Assembly (NCBI GenBank): GCA_002633005.1
Contig: NMRA01000783.1
Location: forward strand, 1 to 52,250
From: Phoronis australis
Lineage: Eukaryota; Animalia; Phoronida
Direction: 5' to 3'
Length of the DNA stretch: 52,250 bases
Below the pieces are notes generated by a model. That model worked only from the letters and a program-made list of their open reading frames with translations. It did no database searches and had not been told where the DNA came from. Shown here in pieces: positions 24,960-36,932 of this stretch; the stretch's first letter is position 1; each line of letters begins with the position of its first letter. The position numbers and the translations under genes were made by a program.

Positions 24960-25082
24960 AGGGGTTAACCCCCTCCCGACCTCCCTCCATTCGGCTCTAT
25001 GCACCACCGCACTCGTGTTTTTCGCGAATGTTTACGAGACAAAATATTGACCCCCCCCCCTCCCTATGATATCCCAGATTCG
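24960..25082. repeat. Dispersed MITE-like repeat, copy 2
   Basis: aaccccctcccgacctccctccattcgg...tacgagacaaaa...tatgatatcccagattcg, similar to 4480-4613. Confidence 0.55.
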
Positions 25083-26366
25083 ATAAATTTGCTTGTCAAA
25101 TCGCATAGAATGATACCGTGTTTGATCAGAATTCAGCAGTAGAAGTCATGAAAGACCAGTCTGAAATATCTATACTATATACAAGTGGCCATGCTCTTTA
25201 TTAATCTAAAAGTACACATGTAGATATTCTCTTTTACTTTGGTATAATGTTGTTATCCGCAAGGTAACAACGGCAATACATAATCTCGTTTTTGGCGTGT
25301 AGGCCTACTGCACCGGTGTTAGTTCGTTGTGAATGTTCAGCACTAATGCAACATCTAGACAACTCAGGTGACTGTCCAAATACATGTAAACGCTTGATTG
25401 TTACAGTCAGGAACTTGAGTGCATTTTCGACTTGCACCGACTGTGCGCTGGAGGCCACCAATTGCCCAATGGCATGTTCAGTTTCAAAGACTAAACTATT
25501 TACTTACTTTGAAACACTTATTCTTTGCTCGGACATCGCTAACGCGTCCACTCTAAGCATAAGCAGCTTGTGATCGCATTGATGTCACTAAATGAAGATT
25601 GTCAGTTGTTTTCTATTAAAACAATGTTTGTCTGTTGTTTTGGATTTAAAACGAGCGTTGTATAACTGTAAACGATAGTATGTTTCCCAAAATATACCGA
25701 TTGTTCATCTATACATAACGTCAAGCACAAACTATTGGATAAAAAGCTGGTAGTTGAAACTCCGAAGGAGTGATAGACATACACGATCGAATGAGCCCAA
25801 ATATAAGCCATTGTAACCATAAAATAAAAACAATTATTCATTTTCACACTAGGTCAGTATTTATTGAGCGTTCCATGCCCCAAAATGTTATTATTGCTTC
25901 GTTCATTATCATATTTACCACGGTGAAAGTCAATAATTGCATGATATTTTAATGTACAATACACGTACAGCGGTCTAACGGCAATTTATAGTGTCCTAAA
26001 AGTTTTTGGTTTGATCGCGCTTCGTCTAAAATTGTGTCACAAAAAATAAATCAAAATATATGTCACTTTCGTGTTATTACTTTCTTACAGTAAGCTTGAA
26101 AAGTTAACTTGAATATAACCCTATACTTTTCGCTACAAAATTCACTTCTATTACAGACAGTGTCGGCGATACTTTTTCGAGAAGAACTGAGGTGAGCAGA
26201 TTATATTTTTAGCTACAGTATGTCTGCCGCGTTTGTTTCGGTGACGTACCTCAATTTCCACTGCTAACTCTAAATCATGAATTACGCGCCATTTTTAAAT
26301 ACATAAATACACATACATTGTATACATACATAAGCAATAAGGGTGATAAAACTCAGCTTCACTCAC

Positions 26367-26486
26367 CAGTGCGGTATAAAAGGTACAAACGAAACCAGTC
26401 GTCAAAATCGCAAGCCATAGGTTGAAACCCGTTACGCCGCTGACTGCAAGGGCTGGCGCATACAGCACGACCGCCATGTACAAGAT
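26367..26486 (-). CDS. SLC5A8: SLC5A8-like coding exon 3
   Basis: 120 bp encoding [40 protein letters not shown] (YAPALA and CTFYT motifs). Acceptor cttccag, donor gtgagt, phase 0/0. Confidence 0.93.
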
Positions 26487-27727
26487 CTGGAAGGAGGCAA
26501 GACCCTACAAGCATTAGCTACCAGTTCGTATGATGATAGGGTTGACCAATCGCAATAAACTCTGAAACGTTTTCGAATTTACAATTTTAGAGCATACTAA
26601 GTCCAATAATTTATGGGTTCACCAATAGCATTCAAATAGAATGCCACACAAAAAACCTATTTTGTATCAATTAAGATAGTAGAGTAGTTGCACTCGATAA
26701 CAGCAAGTGCAGTTCTTTTACCTGACACCTGACGGCAGACGACGGTGTTGAAATTAACCAGTTACGTCGCAGGTTCGACTGCAGTCTGTTCAGTAGTTCA
26801 CATGACGATTATTGGTGTCAGTTTATCGCTTGAATTCATCGCTTTACACAAATAAATCATCAAAGTTCGATGTAAAACCTTTACAAATACATCGAGCTCT
26901 TGAACAAACGTGTTGTTTTATTTTGCTGTTACGGTATTTGAACGTACATGTACCGTAGCCTATTTGAGTTCGGTTGGCCAATTTGCCAAGGTTAGTCGCT
27001 GGAACTTGGGTCTGTTCGGCGGTGATTCATTCGAATTATTCATCCGTGAAATACAGACAGGAGAACATACATGTAGTTGTGTGCTGTAATTTTAGACTTG
27101 CGATTATATCAGTTCTAAACACACAAAACGCTTGTTATTCCGGCCAGTGGCTCCGGAACCCGGCAGGCCCGTCGAGGCCGGACTGAAGACGTCACAAACA
27201 TAAACCAAAGTTGGAAACTAAACTTCCAGTCACGAAAAGACTATGTTAGCGAGCCAAAGAAATAATGTGCACGTGATTGTTTTGGTGAATTACCCGTGAA
27301 ACTGAAAATCTAATTACTCATCGGGGGCCGCGAAGTCAGGGTCCTTTCCACAGAAACGTCGGGCAAAAGTTGTACAATAACAATCATTCGAATAGTGAAC
27401 AATATCTAAATAAAAGATTCCACTAACATCTGACCATAGCATATAAAATCGAGTTATCGTTTCACAACAACTTTCTGTCCTAAACATTGAATTACCATGC
27501 GCTCACATGGCGTACGTGCCTGGTCATTTACATGTAGCTTTATTGCAGCCAAAGCCGATAACGCAGTGATTTCTTTGTTGCTGGCTTCTCAAAATATTTG
27601 CACCCACGAACAATCCAAAGGCATTAAAAATTGTATCTTAAGAGATAGACTTTGACACTTTGTTTGTTGCTGGTTAGGGTGAGAAACAATTCATTTTGAA
27701 GCAGAACGCACAATAATAAATGTCAAC

Positions 27728-27890
27728 ATGGCAACTTGCAATCACTCAGACTTAGACGAGTACTCATCCGGCGAAGACTTCCCACTTGGATCGTTATGTT
27801 TCACAGGCTATCAGTTCGTATCGGAATACAGTGATCAAGAAATACTAGAGAGATGCCGTGAACGTGCCGCAGGCAACAGAACATATGGCA
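27728..27890 (+). pseudogene. Possible N-terminal remnant of a transposon-borne P2X7-ballast-like protein
   Basis: MATCNHSDLDEYSSGEDF...GYQFVSEYSDQEILERCRERAAGNRT resembles the acidic N-terminus plus YxFEPEYS/TxEE motif I recall from invertebrate 'P2X purinoceptor 7-like' proteins. The Cys-rich domain itself is not visible. Confidence 0.35.
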
Positions 27891-29879
27891 GATACATGTG
27901 TAGTTCCAAAATCGTTTGAATGACTTGTGATGGAGTCTAAGCTCATTTATTTGAGAAAAGCTCATTTCAAATTGTATAGATATTGAACAGCCGGTAATGT
28001 CCAACATAAACCTAAACATTCAAAATAATGGATCAGCCGTAGACTCTAGCATTACTGATATGGAACGCCCTTAGCGTAACTTCATGATAGTGATTCAGTT
28101 GGACGCGGTCGTCACCTTGTGATGATTCTGTTGCACGCGTAAATGACTCGGTCTACGAGTCGGGAGACACGTGCAGGCGCTTGTAGGAGAACCAACCTAC
28201 AATTCTGCATTCAAGTTCCAACAGTCGTGCAATTGAAGCACGGACTTGTATGGTTGAAGGAAGCAATCACATGAGAACTGTCAGATTTTATTTAATATTT
28301 GTTTCGACCTGTGTTGCCACGACATTCTTCGCCCATCTGGCCACAAGTGTTAAAGGAGAAGGCATTCTTTTTTCATGTGATTTTTAGTAAAAGTACTGTT
28401 CGTTGATTATACCAGACATATTTTTCAGTTAATTGAAGTTTCAGGTAATTTGACTGATTAGTTGTACCCTACTCCGGAAGTGACGTTAAGGGGGTTAAGA
28501 ATTTCCCGCCATGTTGTTTCTGCGTTCGAGTTTACTGTGAGGATTTGTTGTTTCTGTGCTCGTTTCCTAAAATTGACGTCACCACTTCCCATCGATGAGT
28601 ATTCTACGACAAGCTAGGTTGTTAGAGGTCTTTTGTTTTGAAAATGCCAAACTAGCGTCTCTAATTTAAAATGATCAGTCCACCATGGACCTAATATTGG
28701 TTCAGCGTATGATTCAACGGTCGGGAGGATGGCACCGCCGCTAAGTTAGATACCCAGACACGTAGTTGGACACAGATGTACTGAACACGGTCATGCGCCG
28801 AGTTACAGAACGAGGTTAAATGAACTAGCTGCAGCTAGTAAAAAAGCAAAGCCTTGGTGAGAAAAAATACGGTGGGTTAGAAAGAAAATAAAACTAGTAA
28901 GAACAGGTTTCAGGATCTACTCTCGGAACTCAAACTTGACGTATGCTCAGATTCATCATTTAAACAATCATGTTGTACGATTACAGTACAAAGATATAAG
29001 TTAACAAGAAACGTGAAATCAATTTTGGGTCCAGAATTATATTCATGAAGTAAATTTTCCATGAAAACGCCTGCACGGTTCGTGACGCGGGGCGTTTGGC
29101 AGACACGTCACGAATTCAATTGATCCTGTTGCTTGGAGGTAGTGTGACTTAAAGAACGATATACAACTCCAATTTCAGTTTCAGTCAACATATTTGGTAT
29201 CAGTTATCTTAACATTCGAAAAGCGAACGTGACTGAAGAACATTTATCACATGACCTAGAATGTGTTCCGACACGACTACTTATAACACCGAGTACGTAA
29301 TTTTTGATAATACATGGGCGAATCACAAAGTAGTGCAAAGTAAAAATCCATACAACTTACATTTTGTAGTCTGCAAAACAGTAAACGAGCGCCAACCAAG
29401 CAATGCCGGAATTCCGTGAAAGTGGCAAGGTTATGACTGACAAATCGGGTGTCGAAACTGTACGTACTTCCAGTTGGAAGGACAGGCAAACAATTTCTTA
29501 AACGGACCCATCTTCGGCGGCAGGTGAGAACAAATTACGAAAATCGGAGGAAAGAAGCATCAGTGGTCGTGTACAAAAACTTTCCAAGTAAATTCCCTTC
29601 CCTTGAGCTTATAAGATTATGAACCTCTGAAAGAGCAATTGCCCGAGACCGAAGGCTGAGGCACGGGAGAGCAACAGCGCTTTCCTCCGGCAATATGACT
29701 TGATATCATCACCCTCGAGATCGAACCACATATTTTACGATTCATTACTACATTAGTTTACAACTGTGAAACAAGTGGCCTACCGTGGGCGTGAGGAAAG
29801 TTTGTGTGTTAAGGGAGCAAAATCAGAGAAGGCGCTGTGAGGGTGAAACTCCGAGTCGCCGGCTTCATGACGTACTCAC

Positions 29880-29945
29880 CATAAACAAAGTGAATGTCAA
29901 AACACCCAGTGCTCGTAGGACTCGGCTGAATCTCATTTCAAGGTA
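29880..29945 (-). CDS. SLC5A8: SLC5A8-like coding exon 2
   Basis: 66 bp encoding YLEMRFSRVLRALGVLTFTLFM (family YLELRF motif). Acceptor ttacag, donor gtgagt, phase 0/0, joins exons 1 and 3 in frame. Confidence 0.92.
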
Positions 29946-30127
29946 CTGTAATGAAAGAAGAACAAAACCGACAATGTTTGCTGAAATGCGTGAACAATAA
30001 GTACGACAAATTGACATCGGATATTTTCTCATGTTTGGTCGACTTTTTTGTAAACCGACGTACCCGGATTTTATATAGATAAGCCCATGAACGTGTATTT
30101 GGAAAATGAAAATTTTCAGGCGGTTTA

Positions 30128-30455
30128 GTAACACCAAATAAACGACCGGGCGTTTATTCGAAAAAGGGGGGACTGTAAACGGAAAGTCATAGTTATGTCA
30201 TTTATACTTAAAATTGTGCTTTTAATTTTTTTGTTAATAAATGCATAGTTTGCCAACACCTCGTTCGTTTTTGTAAATGATAAATATTCCACAAAACTGA
30301 ATTTGCGACAAGAAGTTGAAGCTGAGTGTGATTTAAGAGGAAATTTTCCAAATAAAGGCCCCACTATCTGGACCTTGACACCAGAAGTTGTAACACCAAA
30401 TAAACGCCCATCGGCATAATTTTGAGACCAGTTGCCTATGGGCGTTTCATCGGGT
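30128..30455. mobile_element. MITE-like repeat with ataaacgccc/gggcgtttat motifs
   Basis: gtaacaccaaataaacg occurs at 30128 and 30390; there is a local palindrome ataaacgaccgggcgtttatt. Confidence 0.4.
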
Positions 30456-30641
30456 GGAGCATGCCAGTATATGTCAACAACCTGAACACGAAGCATTCGG
30501 CATTCTACAACTCTTTAGCCTTGTGTGAGCACAAAACAGCCGTTTGACCCAGTTCTTAATCCTGATGTGCTGAGACCACATGAGCTTATTTAGGCCTTTT
30601 AGAACATACCTTCATTGCGAACAATGTAAAGAAAGGAGTAC

Positions 30642-30943
30642 AGAGTACACCATTGCATCGCTCGACATACCGGAAGTATGACGAGGTTCGCACTCTCGCT
30701 GCGATTGGCTACTGCTTGACCTTCGATCAGGGTCCATTAATTGTTTGATCTGTTGCTGTCTCGCGACTAGAAAATTCTAGCCAAAATCTCGTGTTCTCAT
30801 TTCAAGCACACGACAATATTTCATGTAAAATCTCGCGAATTTTTGCATTTTAGAGAGGTTCAAGCGTACTAGCGCCGGGTTACTGATCGAAAAGTCAAGC
30901 ACCACGCAATCGACAAGCGTCGTGACGTAATGGTGCGTCCTCT
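30642..30943. mobile_element. Palindromic MITE (about 300 bp)
   Basis: Ends agagtacaccatt / aatggtgcgtcctct, with inner inverted arms tgcttgaccttcgatcag / ctgatcgaaaagtcaagca. Confidence 0.6.
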
Positions 30944-31032
30944 AATTACTCTGTAGGTCTATGCGCTCTGATTTTTCGCATCAACTTCTTATCAACTTGA
31001 TATACGACAGTAGTCAGTGCAAGTGGTTCAAG

Positions 31033-32677
31033 TGACCTATCGCCAGGATTATGACTGACGGTTAACTGACAGATCACAGCATTCTTGACGCACCTTCGTC
31101 TGCGTTTCCAAGCCGCCATTTTACAACACGTTGTCGTGTAAAACTGATTTTAGTCTATACATGTAGCTCAAGAAATTGTGCGATAAGAATGGTTAATCGA
31201 TGTTGATATGGCGTGTGTAATTATGACAGCCCTTATGCAGCTCGAGAAGAATATCCCGTCATTTTTGGGCATATCCTAAGCCGAAAAGTGATGTCCTTCG
31301 GTGTAAACTATGGATCAAACTGTGTGAACGGCCACACGAGCAGCTGAACTTGGCGATGTTGCTTGATTACTCAAAGGTTAAATACAAATATAGTTGATCC
31401 AAGATACGCGCTTTTCAGTTGGTGGCTATAGTGTAGGGCTACATGTATTTGATTTTGATTCCGGAGTTTCACACGTCTGGCAGCCTTTGTCTCGGCACCT
31501 GCTGGATCTCAGCACTAGTCTAGCTGTAGTCCCTAAAAACAATTGTTTTTAAGAACATTTTTATCATTTCTCAGTTAGTTCGACCTAATATCCATCGTTT
31601 TGTTTCGTAGCAGAGGTACATTTTTGTTATACATCCGAGGGCTGGCGTTTAACTGAACTTCGCTCCAAAACTGAAGGATTCGATCGGCACAAGAAAGGGC
31701 ACTGGATTTCTGAACTCAAAGCCTTGTTCGAGCTGTTGTCATGAAACAATAAACAATTGAATTACTTTTTGATGAGAACCTCTAGTATGAACTTCGCCTG
31801 AAGAGTTAGCGAAAGCTTATTTCTAAGTTGTTCGAACATGATACTTAAAAAGAATTTGAGTTATTTTTGTAAATAGACATTTTTGCCACTACACCAGACT
31901 ATTGTAACCATAGCTTAGTGATCATGTTAAGTTTAAAATTAATTGAAAGTTACCTTTACGCGATGAAAATAGAAAAAAATGCGAAATTCATCAGAAGATA
32001 GGCCTAACTTAAATATAATGGTAGAATTACTGCCAATTCTATGAATTAATTTGATTTGGACACAGTCCTGGCCATACCGTAAATAACTGCTTGTCTAGCA
32101 CAAGATGAGTCTGTAGTTGAGCTGTGAACCTGAGTTTTTTAATCAAAAAATTTCGTTCGAAGATAAAAAAGCGACTCGACCTACATGTACTTTACTCGGG
32201 GAGTTCCACCTTGCAGTTGTGACCAACTTTTTGTTTGGGAATTTAGCAGACGGCAGAATAAAAATATCGGTGAATCTTCACTGATTTTGTTCGAAAGATA
32301 CTGACATCTTTGGCAACGTGCAGATAAATGAACTGAACGCTACATATCCAGATTGATATGAACGTATTGCATCAGTGGCCTTGTAATTTGTGAGTTGAAG
32401 GTGAACCCCTGTGGGGATTTTGCTGGCTCCCAAATACTTTTCCTCGAACACTTACTTTTTCATCGTCGCCTTTACAAATTCCTTTGTCATGAACGTACTA
32501 TTCTCTGCTGAAGAACATCGGTTGCTACATTTGTCGAAGTGTTTTCAGTTAGTGCAAAAACACTCATCGATTCGACCAGCAACGTCGTTTAGCGATAATG
32601 CATTTGCCTCTGACATCTTGTTTGTTTGTCGGGTGTCACGTGTCTTTTCGCAAAGGGGCGGAGTTTGTGATGGGTCA
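31033..32677 (+). mobile_element. Internally deleted ISL2EU-like (PIF/Harbinger-related) DNA transposon with two convergent gene remnants
   Basis: Ends TGACCTATCGC / GTGATGGGTCA+AT. Plus-strand THAP from 31189 reads MVNRC*YGVCNYDS...YPKPKSDVLRCKLWIKLCERPHEQLN. A minus-strand ORF remnant from about 32610 includes QLTNYKATDAIRSYQSGYV. Confidence 0.72.
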
Positions 32678-32679
32678 AT

Positions 32680-32852
32680 TGACCTATCGCAAGCTCCGCC
32701 CCCTTGCGAAATTTCTACAAACAAATAATAAGTTTTTTCTGGTAATATGTTGTTTGTCGAGTAAAATGGCGGCTTGGAAACGAACATGTGTTAAGAATGC
32801 TGCGTTCTAATTGGTCGGTTAAGCCGTCACTCAAAGTCCTAGCGATAGGTCA
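32680..32852 (-). mobile_element. MITE derived from the ends of the adjacent ISL2EU-like element, copy 1
   Basis: TGACCTATCGC...GCGATAGGTCA TIRs. The body is the reverse complement of the parent's right end joined to that of its left end. Confidence 0.8.
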
Positions 32853-32878
32853 GTTGTCACATACACTGTAGGACTAAT

Positions 32879-33054
32879 TGACCTATCGCAAGCTCCGCCC
32901 CTTGCTTAATGTCGACTAATAAACTATCTTTAAGTTTTACCCGGCAACGTGTTGTTTGTCGGGTAAAATGGCGGCTTGGAAACGAAGGTGTGTCAATAAT
33001 CATGCGTTCTAAATGGTCAGTTAAGCCTTCACTCAAAGTCCTCGCGATAGGTCA
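32879..33054 (-). mobile_element. MITE copy 2, flanked by AT on both sides
   Basis: aAT-TGACCTATCGC...GCGATAGGTCA-ATt; highly similar to 32680-32852. Confidence 0.82.
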
Positions 33055-33061
33055 ATTCTCT

Positions 33062-33415
33062 TTGGCCGACACCACGAAATCGCACTGAAAATTGGACACG
33101 TTATATTTTGAAATTATCAAGCTATGCGTCTTATCAACTCCAAAAGGCCTGCCTGTCTATGCATTCCAATAACAGCTAGGTTTCAACCTATTGGTAGAAA
33201 CCGCGTTTTAACACCTAGTCCGGCTGCCATAATCCCACTGCTGTGCAATTTATCAATGACTTGCGAAAAAAGGCAAAACATTTTAAATATGATGAGCAAG
33301 GACATCATATTCCATACATTTCCGAATGCAAAAAAGAAACGGGCCAAGACAAAGCCAGTGGCTGCGACCGATAAGGCGTGAGAATTTTGATCCCAACCGG
33401 TATCAAAAAACTAAA
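33062..33415 (+). mobile_element. THAP-domain remnant
   Basis: KDIIFHTFPNAKKK, a frameshift, then QWLRPIRRENFDPNRYQK (THAP FH.FP...W...IRR.NF.P). Confidence 0.6.
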
Positions 33416-33479
33416 GTAAATTAGTGATTATAAACTATTGAAATAATGGGATGGGGTGAAAGTTGGTTTATTCCTTTAT

Positions 33480-33890
33480 TTTTAAAATAATGAACCGCTA
33501 TGGAGCACTTCGGATGGAACAAGAAAGACGTATTAATATTCCCAGAGAGGAGCGTTTGTGTATTTTCTGTTATAACTTAGGTAAACGTAAGATTGAAATT
33601 GAGTTTCACATGGTATTTACTTGTACATTATACACTGAAATTAGGGAAAGGTTTATATCAGAGCATTTGTATTCTAATCCGTGTGAGCGAAACTTCGTTA
33701 ATCCTTTGTCGTGACAAAATGAATCTGTCATTCAAAATATTATCTTATTTTTATTGCTGGCGTTTTGTTTGAAAAACAAAGTTAGATGACAATTTTATTG
33801 TAAATTGCCTATGTTCTATGTGTAATTTTTGACCTTATTATTAACTGTTTGTATTGTACGTGTGATATGGGTAGGAGCCTACATTATAAA
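33480..33890 (+). mobile_element. LINE 3'-terminal fragment (CR1/L2-group)
   Basis: LRMEQERRINIPREERLCIFCYNLGKRKIEIEFHMVFTCTLYTEIRE, the L.IE.GR...ERLC..C...EDEFH...C..Y...R C-terminal motif. Confidence 0.8.
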
Positions 33891-34057
33891 ATGACTGATT
33901 CCTCACTATGTAGTAATTGAATTTCTTTCCACTAAATCTACCCTGGCTGGATCAAGCAAAAGTCACTTACTTGCTTTCATTACTCTAGAGAGCGCCAATA
34001 TGAAAAGTCCTCAGTTGATCGTATGCGACAGCCGCTTACAAAGTTGGATGCAACAAT

Positions 34058-36426
34058 GGGGCTATTCGGAAAATCTACAATAACTAGAGGGCGTGCGTGT
34101 ACTAGTGGTGATAGATTAACAGCCTCGATTTCGCGAGCCCTTTAAATACATGGTGAAATGGCTTGCAGCCGTGCCAACTGAATCTGAGATTGCGTAAAAA
34201 GGGTGCTTCTATGAGAGGAAGTAAGCACGACCTCATACAAAGGTAAGGTTTGTGATTATTTTNNNNNNNNNNNNNNNNNNNNNNNNNNNNNNNNNNNNNN
34301 NNNNNNNNNNNNNNNNNNNNNNNNNNNNNNNNNNNNNNNNNNNNNNNNNNNNNNNNNNNNNNNNNNNNNNNNNNNNNNNNNNNNNNNNNNNNNNNNNNNN
34401 NNNNNNNNNNNNNNNNNNNNNNNNNNNNNNNNNNNNNNNNNNNNNNNNNNNNNNNNNNNNNNNNNNNNNNNNNNNNNNNNNNNNNNNNNNNNNNNNNNNN
34501 NNNNNNNNNNNNNNNNNNNNNNNNNNNNNNNNNNNNNNNNNNNNNNNNNNNNNNNNNNNNNNNNNNNNNNNNNNNNNNNNNNNNNNNNNNNNNNNNNNNN
34601 NNNNNNNNNNNNNNNNNNNNNNNNNNNNNNNNNNNNNNNNNNNNNNNNNNNNNNNNNNNNNNNNNNNNNNNNNNNNNNNNNNNNNNNNNNNNNNNNNNNN
34701 NNNNNNNNNNNNNNNNNNNNNNNNNNNNNNNNNNNNNNNNNNNNNNNNNNNNNNNNNNNNNNNNNNNNNNNNNNNNNNNNNNNNNNNNNNNNNNNNNNNN
34801 NNNNNNNNNNNNNNNNNNNNNNNNNNNNNNNNNNNNNNNNNNNNNNNNNNNNNNNNNNNNNNNNNNNNNNNNNNNNNNNNNNNNNNNNNNNNNNNNNNNN
34901 NNNNNNNNNNNNNNNNNNNNNNNNNNNNNNNNNNNNNNNNNNNNNNNNNNNNNNNNNNNNNNNNNNNNNNNNNNNNNNNACTCTGGTCTAGTTCAGAGTC
35001 TGATTTTGGGCTCAAAACGATTCAAGTGATATGCTGCTGTGTTTACCTTCAAGGGTCTAATTGTGGATGTTATTGAGGCTGAATGAGGTTACATGAAAGA
35101 AAGCCACGTGTTGAAACTGGACCTTTTTTACAAGCGCTTCTATAGGCCATTGAAACTAGAACCCAGTGAAATGAAAGCCAAAAGCTGAGTGACATTAAAT
35201 TTTCCTTTCAGAAGAAAGGCTTTATACTATTGGTGAAAACTTTTCAATTTGGTACAGATTATGGGGAAATGACATTCAGTGACTGCATCGATTGTCTTAT
35301 TATATGTTTTCAATTGTAGGTAGCTGCTATGCACAAGATTTGAGAATAAACAATTATCAGTGTATTTAAAAACAAATGGCAAACTGAAAAAGCACAGAAA
35401 AAAACAACATTGAGAGGGAGTCCATAATCAGGCATATCAAGTGCTGAATTACTGAATCACAATCAATTCTCTCAGGTTATTGCTGAAGGATTGTTTTTCA
35501 CTTTGTCCAACGGTGAAATAGATGGTCAGGCGGTTGGTTTCAGTTGTTTTTTCTTGCCTGTAACAGAATAGAAATATTAGCAAATTGTAAAAGAAAAGAC
35601 AAGACAAAACTACTTTTGTAAGGCAGAACATACTTGCCATTTCATCTTCATGTTTATGTGTAGAAACTAATAACTTTTGTACCCAAGTCTTATTTAATAT
35701 CTGCATAAAAACATGTGTAACAGGCTAAAAGTGGTTTAACAATGTGTATTTTTCATGAAACTTAAAATGTGCTTCTGATCTCAACAAGTAAATTTCATTC
35801 TAGGTGTCCACTCACTCATCTAGAGAATTTTATTGGAAACAGCATAGTTTTGAAGAGAAACTGCTGTGAAAAGTCACTCTTGACTTCTGTGCATCACGTA
35901 CCATACACCTTTTATTTTGGGAGCACTCCCACCCAGGAAAATATGAATATGTGCTGCTAGCCTACCCGGCATCGGGTGAGTTTCCAAAAAGAAACACTTA
36001 GTTCCACTCAGTAAAACTGTTATTCAGTGGAGTAACTGGTGGAGATAACATCACCGAACAATGTTGAAACTGATTGCTAAAAACTTACCAAGTAATGTTG
36101 TGTAGTCTCCGAATGGATTGGAACTGCATAGTCATTGACATAGAGCACACACGGGCTTCAGGATCCACACACTTTTTGTCAGTTAGTTGACCCTGTTGAC
36201 CGCAGTTGTCCACGAATATAGTAACCTTAGGTCTTTTGGGAATTTGTGGCCACATATCGAAGACTTGCACCAGGGAGATTAGCAGTAATAAGGCTTAGCG
36301 CGACGAAGTATTTTGATAAAAATTCCATCTTTTAACAGCTGTTTACATGCAGACAGCCACGCATGCGCAATTCAATCACCACTAGTACAGCAGCGACACC
36401 GCGAGGAGAATTCTCCGAATAGCCCC
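34058..36426 (-). mobile_element. TIR element with AT target duplication and a THAP remnant (ISL2EU-like); spans an N gap
   Basis: AT-GGGGCTATTCGGA...tgtactagtggtgat on the left; atcaccactagtaca...TCCGAATAGCCCC-AT on the right. Minus strand about 36140-36260 reads HKFPKDLRLLYSWTTAVNRVN...ARVCS. Confidence 0.72.
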
Positions 36427-36493
36427 ATTTAGGAGTCTGAGTTGAGAAGGGTTTAACTCTAATGAAGTGTCTTCTTGTAGGAAGTTTTCCCAT

Positions 36494-36613
36494 AACTCTA
36501 TCGATAAACTTATTAACTCTAGCGATATACTTTCTAACTCTATCGAAAGACTCACTAACTCTATCGATAGACTTACTATCTCTATCGATAGACGTACTAT
36601 GTCTAACGATAGA
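36494..36613 (-). repeat. 21-bp minisatellite array (about 6 units), left arm
   Basis: Unit approximately aactctatcgatagactcact, the reverse complement of the 37141-37435 unit. Confidence 0.9.
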
Positions 36614-36627
36614 CACAAAAAGAACTC

Positions 36628-36778
36628 CAAAATAGACATTGCCAACTATCGCCCCATAACTCTACTTAACACCTTTTCCAGAATTTTAGAAAAAAAAATC
36701 ATTTCTCGACACATGTTTCACCACCTCTCTTCACAGAACATCATACATCGTAGCCAATTTGGATTCATGCCTGGGCCC
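36628..36778 (+). mobile_element. CR1/L2-type reverse transcriptase fragment
   Basis: DIANYRPITLLNTFSRILEKKIISRHMFHHLSSQNIIHRSQFGFMPG (NYRPI.LL...QFGF motif). Confidence 0.88.
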
Positions 36779-36932
36779 AGTCTCCAATCTCCGTACTCAG
36801 ACTCATACTCATACTCAAGATTTCATACTCAAAATCGTGCTCACTGGAGTCGTACTCAAAAAAGCGTATCTAATGTCGTTTTTCGAGAAGACTCCAAACG
36901 TACTCAAATCCGACACTCATACTCGAGTTGCT
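36778..36932. repeat. (C/G)TACTC-rich repeat segment
   Basis: Repeated gtactca/atactca words, e.g. cgtactcagactcatactcatactcaag. Confidence 0.5.

Noticed and set aside
25234-25573. Overlapping short ORFs with helical or Cys-containing translations
   Set aside because: No motif recognised, and stops flank the frames.
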